This document shows positions 57,356 to 64,000 of a DNA stretch of 64,000 nt, one piece after another. The DNA comes from an uncultured Gemmatimonadales bacterium. GTDB taxonomy: Bacteria > Gemmatimonadota > Gemmatimonadetes > Gemmatimonadales > GWC2-71-9. Positions within the stretch are counted from its first letter, which is position 1. The number at the start of each line of letters is the position of its first letter. The stretch lies in assembly GCA_963771275.1 (NCBI GenBank), contig CAVYSW010000003.1, positions 672,001 through 736,000 on the forward strand, read 5' to 3'. A program made the position numbers and the translations under genes. The notes below the pieces were generated by a model. The model worked only from the letters and a program-made list of their open reading frames with translations, was not told where the DNA came from and made no database searches.

Positions 57356-58533
57356 CCCGCCGCTTCCTCGCCCTTTCAGTCCTGCTCGCCGCGGCCGCTC
57401 CACCGGCGGCGGCGCAGCTGCCCAACATCTTTCCGCCCGGCTCCGACTGGCGTGACCTGTGGTATCCCAAGCTGTTCTGGGTCCCGCGCGAGGGCGTCAC
57501 GGTGGGCGGCTACTATGCCATCGCGCGCCCGACCCGCTACTCGGACCGCACGGCGGCGCCCCACCGGCTCCTCACGGCGCTCGACGGCCAGATCTCGGCC
57601 TCGGGGTCCCGCTACGTCCAGCTCGACGCCTGGGCGCCGGCGCTGGTCAAGGGCTGGCGGTTCCGCCTCACGCTCGCCGCCAAGCACTGGAACCGCGAAC
57701 CGTACTTCGGGATCGGCAACGCCACGACCGTGGACTCGGGCGACATCGCGGGCCGGGACCTCTACTACCGGATCACGCACGTGCGGAACTTCGTGCGCGG
57801 CGAGGTGCAGCGCGACATCGTGGGGCCGGTCCGCGTGCTCGCCGGCTGGCATGCCGAGCACTGGTTTCTCGACACGATCCAGACCAACTCCCAGCTCGCC
57901 GCCGATCTCGCCGGCGGCGCCGACCCGCGGATCGGGATCGGAACGAGCGACGTCAGCCTGCGTTTCGGCATCGTCGTGGATACGCGTGACCGCGAGGCGG
58001 CCCCACGGCGCGGCATGCTGCTGGAGGCGTTGGAGAGCATCGCCGACTCGAATCTCGCCGGAGACCTGAGTTACACGCGCACGACGATCAGCGCGCGCGG
58101 ATACCTCCCGCTCGGCGAGCACTGGAGCGTCGCGGCGCGGGTGGCGGGCGAGTCCATGGGCGGCGGCCCGACGCTCGGGACCTTCTTCACCTTCGAAGCG
58201 AGCGACCGGCCGTTCGGCGTGCTCGGCGGCCCCGAGTCGCATCGGGCGATCTACCGGTACCGCTTCGTCGACGCCGACAAGCTGCTGGGCAACTTCGAGG
58301 TGCGCTACGACGTGCTGCCGGTGCCGAGCCTCGTGCGCGCCACCGTGGTGGCGTTCGTGGACGCCGGCCGGGTGTTCCCGCAGGGGGCGTTCCGCCTCAC
58401 GACCGACGGACTCAAGATCGGCGGCGGCGCGGGGGTCCTCACCCAGTTCGGGGAGACCGCCGTGCTGGGCTTCACGACGGCGTACGGGCCGGACGGCCTG
58501 ACGCTGTACGCGCACTGGAAGTGGCCGTTCTAG
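57352..58533 (+). CDS. Omp85/BamA-TamA-type beta-barrel protein lacking POTRA domains
   Basis: Signal peptide; YFGIGN, DTRD, FVDAGRVF, C-terminal WPF; GTG overlaps the upstream stop. Confidence 0.8.
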   Translation: MTRRFLALSVLLAAAAPPAAAQLPNIFPPGSDWRDLWYPKLFWVPREGVTVGGYYAIARPTRYSDRTAAPHRLLTALDGQISASGSRYVQLDAWAPALVKGWRFRLTLAAKHWNREPYFGIGNATTVDSGDIAGRDLYYRITHVRNFVRGEVQRDIVGPVRVLAGWHAEHWFLDTIQTNSQLAADLAGGADPRIGIGTSDVSLRFGIVVDTRDREAAPRRGMLLEALESIADSNLAGDLSYTRTTISARGYLPLGEHWSVAARVAGESMGGGPTLGTFFTFEASDRPFGVLGGPESHRAIYRYRFVDADKLLGNFEVRYDVLPVPSLVRATVVAFVDAGRVFPQGAFRLTTDGLKIGGGAGVLTQFGETAVLGFTTAYGPDGLTLYAHWKWPF

Positions 58534-58563
58534 TCCCCGCGCGCCGCGGGGGCCACCGGCGTC

Positions 58564-59706
58564 CTAGCGGCTTTCCGTGATCACGATCCCGCGCTTGGCC
58601 AGCGCCTTCACGTAGGGCTCGTACGGCATGCCCTCGTAAGCCGCCGTCACGCCGAACCGCTCGACCCGCCCGCCGACCTGCATCTGCGCCGTGATGGACA
58701 GCGAGAAGCCGGTGGTGCGCATCATCGACGTCACGTCGTGCTCGGCGTCGTAGAAGTCGAGCAGCTCGAACGTCTCCGTCCGGGCTTCGCCGTCCCTGGT
58801 CCCGGCGACGATCACCTTGAGCGCCACCAGGTCCCGGGCATCGTCCTTCCGGAGCTTCGGCGCCGCGAGGGCCACGAACACGTCGCGGGGACGGACGCTT
58901 GCCCCATCCACCACGATCGGATCGAGATCGAGCAGGCCGAGATCGCGGATCGCCCGGACGATCGTCGCGTGGCCGGGATAGCGCAGCGTCTTGTACTCCA
59001 TCGTGTGGATCTTGCCCTCGAAGTCCCAGGGCATGATCGAGATCCCGCCTCCCGTATGAAACGCCTCGAGCGTCCCCACGGGCGCGGCGAACTCCACGGC
59101 CTCGATCTCGGAGAGCGCTTCCACGCGGACCGGCTTGCCGTTCCGCAGCACCCAGGAAGGCGCCGTGTAGTAGTCGAGCACGCCCTCGATCGAGTAGACG
59201 ATGTGGTAGTTGAGCGGCGGCTCCGGGTTCTGCGGCAGGCCCCCGACGTAGAGCCGCACGCTGTCGACCTCGTCCAATCGCCTGATGCCCTCGGCCGCGA
59301 GGATGTTCACCATGCCGGGAGCCAACCCGCAGTCGGGCATGATCGAGATCTTCTTCTCCCGCGCCACGCCATCGAGCTTCTGCTGCTCGCGCACGATCTC
59401 GGTGTTGCCGCCGAGGTCCGAGAAGTGCACGCCAACCTCAACCGCGATGCGCGCGAGGTCGCCGTTCAGGTAGTATGGCAGCGCGCTCATCACCACGTCG
59501 TGCCCGGTCATCACGGTCGCGACGGCCCGGGCGTCGCGGGCGTCGAGCTTGACGACCTTGAGCCGCTTGCCCTTGTGGCCCCTGAGAAACGCCGGCAGGG
59601 GATCGGGGTCGAGGTCGGCGAGCGTGACGTGTGCGTCCGATGTATTGAGCAGGTCCCAGGCGCAGGCCGATCCCTGCAGGCCTGACCCTAACACTAGCAT
59701 TCTCAT
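58564..59706 (-). CDS. Saccharopine dehydrogenase / lysine 6-dehydrogenase family protein
   Basis: LGSGLQG, DLGGN, CGLAPG, VGGLPQ, YKTLRYPGH, MMRTTG. Confidence 0.92.
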   Translation of the reverse strand: MRMLVLGSGLQGSACAWDLLNTSDAHVTLADLDPDPLPAFLRGHKGKRLKVVKLDARDARAVATVMTGHDVVMSALPYYLNGDLARIAVEVGVHFSDLGGNTEIVREQQKLDGVAREKKISIMPDCGLAPGMVNILAAEGIRRLDEVDSVRLYVGGLPQNPEPPLNYHIVYSIEGVLDYYTAPSWVLRNGKPVRVEALSEIEAVEFAAPVGTLEAFHTGGGISIMPWDFEGKIHTMEYKTLRYPGHATIVRAIRDLGLLDLDPIVVDGASVRPRDVFVALAAPKLRKDDARDLVALKVIVAGTRDGEARTETFELLDFYDAEHDVTSMMRTTGFSLSITAQMQVGGRVERFGVTAAYEGMPYEPYVKALAKRGIVITESR

Positions 59707-59818
59707 GGAGTTACTCCATTGTCAGCCGGCTCCAGCCGGGCCGGAAAGATAGGCGGGGGGCCGGGCGCGGGCGAGGGCCGCTTGAGGCCGCGGGTAACGG
59801 GCTGTATCGTGCAGCGCG

Positions 59819-60457
59819 TTGACGCACCCCACACCCCCACCCGACGTCTCCTCCCGGAGACGGAATCCGCGACAGACGCGGGACCGCCTCGTGCGTGCGG
59901 CCCTCGAGCTGTTCACCACACGGGGGTATCACGAGACCACCACGCCGCTGATCGCCGCCCGCGCCGGCATCGCCGAAGGAACGATCTACCGGCACTTCGC
60001 GAGCAAGGACGAGCTGCTCAACGAGATCTACCGGGCGGGTATTCGCCTGTTCATCGCGGTCGTCCGGGAGTCCGATCCCAGGGAGCGCTGCCGGGAGCGC
60101 CTGCAGCAGGTTGCCCGGCGCTGGCGCGACCTGGCCGGTCGGGAGCCCGCGCTCCTGCGCCTCGTATTCAGCGACCTGGCGGCACAGCTCGTGGACGAGA
60201 AGAGCCGCCTGAACGCGCGGGAGCTGCACGCCGAGCTCGAGAAGGTCGTCGCCGCCGGCAAGGCGGCGGGTGAGGTCAGGGCCGGTGCGGCCGAGTTGTG
60301 GGCGGAAGTGTGGCTGCGGTGCGTGCTGCTGGCGCTGGAGCGGGTGTCACGCGGCGTATGGAAGCCCGACGAGGCCGCGCTCCAGCAGGTGTTCGACGCG
60401 GCGTGGGACGCGATTCGGGCTGGAGGAGCCGCTCTACCGGAGGGTGCAAGCTCCTAG
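59819..60457 (+). CDS. TetR/AcrR family transcriptional regulator
   Basis: AALELF...IAARAGIAEGTIYRHFASKDELL. Confidence 0.93.
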   Translation: MTHPTPPPDVSSRRRNPRQTRDRLVRAALELFTTRGYHETTTPLIAARAGIAEGTIYRHFASKDELLNEIYRAGIRLFIAVVRESDPRERCRERLQQVARRWRDLAGREPALLRLVFSDLAAQLVDEKSRLNARELHAELEKVVAAGKAAGEVRAGAAELWAEVWLRCVLLALERVSRGVWKPDEAALQQVFDAAWDAIRAGGAALPEGASS

Positions 60458-60485
60458 TGCCGGCGGGCCAGAACAACACCAGGTG

Positions 60486-60566
60486 ACCGCGGAGACCGCA
60501 GAGAACACAGAAACCGCAAAGCCCTTGTTCCGAACAAGCCTCTGCGAGCTCTGCGTGCTCTGCGGT
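60486..60566. repeat. Palindromic nonamer-unit element, copy 2
   Basis: ACCGCGGAG ACCGCAGAG AACACAGAA ACCGCAAAG ... CTCTGCGAG CTCTGCGTG CTCTGCGGT. Confidence 0.85.
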
Positions 60567-60627
60567 GCACTCGCGCAGTGACGACCCCTCCTCGCTCAGG
60601 CCGGACCGCGCTGCTCCTCCCCCGCCG

Positions 60628-61398
60628 TCACTTCCCGACGGATTGCCGCAAAAACACGAGGATGTCCCGCCACGCGCCGTCCGCCGCCGCCGCCGGCTCA
60701 TGCGTCCGCAGGAACCCGTGGCCCGCGCCCGGATACACGGTCTTCGTGTACTGCCGGCCCGCCGCCTGCATGGCGCGCTCCACATCGGGCACCGACGCCG
60801 TGATGCGCGCGTCGTTCTCCCCGTAGACGCCGAAGACCGGCGCGCGAATCCGGTGCATGGCCGTCGTATCCGGGCCCGGGCCGTAGCACACCACGGCGCC
60901 CTTGAGCGCGGCGTTGTTGGTCGCGTAGCGGAAGCTCTGGCCTCCGCCCCAGCAGAACCCGACCACGCCGATCGCGTCCCGCCGCACGGCCTTGAGCGAC
61001 TGGAGGTACGCGAACGTGGCGTCGAGATCCGCCGTGATCGAGTCGGGCGGGAGCCCGCTGATGGCCCGGCGCACGTCGGTGAGCTGGGCGGTCGTACCGC
61101 GCCGGGTCAGCAGGTCGGGGGCGATCGCGACGAACCCCGCGGCGGCCAGGCTGTCCACCACCGAGCGGACCCAGTCGCTCATCCCGAAGATCTCGTGGAT
61201 CACGATGATGCCCGGCCCGGGATCGGGCCGCTCGGGGTAGGCCACGTATGCGAGCACCGAGTCGCCGCCGCGACCCGTGTACGTGACCCATTCGCCGTGG
61301 ATGTCGGCGGCGGACGGGCGGAAGGCGGCGACCACTGCGGCGCCGGTGACGAGCAGCGCCGCCGCCACGAGCGGCCGGACGAGCGTGGTGATCCTCAC
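60628..61398 (-). CDS. Dienelactone hydrolase family protein with signal peptide
   Basis: IHEIFG, GFCWGG, GEND, GAGHGF. Confidence 0.93.
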   Translation of the reverse strand: MRITTLVRPLVAAALLVTGAAVVAAFRPSAADIHGEWVTYTGRGGDSVLAYVAYPERPDPGPGIIVIHEIFGMSDWVRSVVDSLAAAGFVAIAPDLLTRRGTTAQLTDVRRAISGLPPDSITADLDATFAYLQSLKAVRRDAIGVVGFCWGGGQSFRYATNNAALKGAVVCYGPGPDTTAMHRIRAPVFGVYGENDARITASVPDVERAMQAAGRQYTKTVYPGAGHGFLRTHEPAAAADGAWRDILVFLRQSVGK

Positions 61399-61632
61399 TC
61401 AGCTCTCCTTTTCGTCCGCATGCCCCTCCGTCCCTCCCCGGCCTATCCAACCGCGCGCGAAGGCCAGCATGACCAGTCCGAACACGAGCAGCACCAGGCC
61501 CCACCACAGATTGACGTTGACGCCAAGCGACCTGGCGTAGATCGCGCGGTCGGCCACGATGCCGTAGACCACCAGCAGCAGGCCGACCACCGCGAACATC
61601 AGCCCGATCGGGATTCGCACGTCCAGCTTCAT
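61399..61632 (-). CDS. Small 2-TM protein accompanying the sodium:solute symporter
   Basis: LDVRIPIGLMF, NVNLWWG. Confidence 0.78.
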   Translation of the reverse strand: MKLDVRIPIGLMFAVVGLLLVVYGIVADRAIYARSLGVNVNLWWGLVLLVFGLVMLAFARGWIGRGGTEGHADEKES

Positions 61633-61666
61633 ACGCTTCGCCGCCTTTCGCGTTCCCTCACCAGGG

Positions 61667-63379
<1,713 letters not shown>

Positions 63380-63415
63380 GAGCGATGCCTCCTTCTGTGT
63401 GAGCGGCCGGAGTCG

Positions 63416-64000
63416 CTACTCCCCGCCGCCGTACCACACGCGGAAGATCTTCCCGCCTGCGTCGTCCGAGATCAGCAGGCTCCCGTCCGGCGCCACGACC
63501 GGATCCACCGGCCGTCCCCACCAGCTCCGCCCTACCTGCCACCCGCTGACGAAGTCGGTCCACGGCCCGGCGGGCTTGCCGTCCTTCACCGGTACCCGCA
63601 CGACCTTGTAGCCAACCGGAACGCTGCGGTCCCATGAGCCGTGCAACGCGACGAACAGGTCACCGCGGTACTCGGCGGGGAACTGCGTCCCCGTGTAGAA
63701 CGCGAGGCCCAGGGGCGCCGCGTGGGCCGGCAGCGTCACCGCCGGACCGATCGCGTTGGCGCACGTGGGCGCGCTGTCGGCGTACTCCGGGTTCGGCGTG
63801 TTCGGGAGATAGCAGTCGGGCCAGCCGTACCAGCCGCCCTGCCTGAGGATGTTCACGCGATCGGGCGGCGTGTCGTCGCCCAGGCGGTCGCGATCGTTGT
63901 TCGTGGCCCAGATCGCGCCGGTCGCCGGCTCGAGCGCGAGCCCGACCGAGTTCCTGAGGCCCGTCGCGAACGGCGTCTCACCGCTCCCGTCGAGGTCGTA
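63416..64000 (-). CDS. PQQ-dependent sugar/sorbosone dehydrogenase, C-terminal part (start outside window)
   Basis: ATGLRNSVG, DRLGDDTPPD, YGWP, HAAPLG, HGSWDR, GRPVD, ISDD. Confidence 0.92.
   Translation of the reverse strand, partial: YDLDGSGETPFATGLRNSVGLALEPATGAIWATNNDRDRLGDDTPPDRVNILRQGGWYGWPDCYLPNTPNPEYADSAPTCANAIGPAVTLPAHAAPLGLAFYTGTQFPAEYRGDLFVALHGSWDRSVPVGYKVVRVPVKDGKPAGPWTDFVSGWQVGRSWWGRPVDPVVAPDGSLLISDDAGGKIFRVWYGGGE

Overview
High-GC (roughly 70% by eye) bacterial chromosomal segment, densely coding (about 55 genes), with no tRNA, rRNA, CRISPR array, integrase or transposase that I can recognise. Gene content (many exported peptidases and beta-barrels, BTAD-type regulator, leuS with HVGN) suggests a diderm heterotroph such as Gemmatimonadota (inference). 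Core genes include leuS, nadA-nadC, a pncB-like gene, serA, msrA, a nagB fusion and mprF. Modules include an octaheme cytochrome c/NrfC/NrfD redox complex without a catalytic subunit, a VapBC pair, a PadR/SPFH/RHH/ABC locus and an ECF sigma/zinc anti-sigma/PDZ locus. Three genes carry apparent internal deletions, and one symporter has three compensating +1 frameshifts. The most unusual signal is non-coding: several families of intergenic palindromes whose arms are built from tandem 7-nt or 9-nt units (four GTGAAAA/TTTTCAC elements, two ACCGCAGAG-type elements, one G-rich element), plus similar simple repeats sitting inside leuS and an RHH gene. Start codons were refined by eye. Family assignments come from motif recognition, not database searches.
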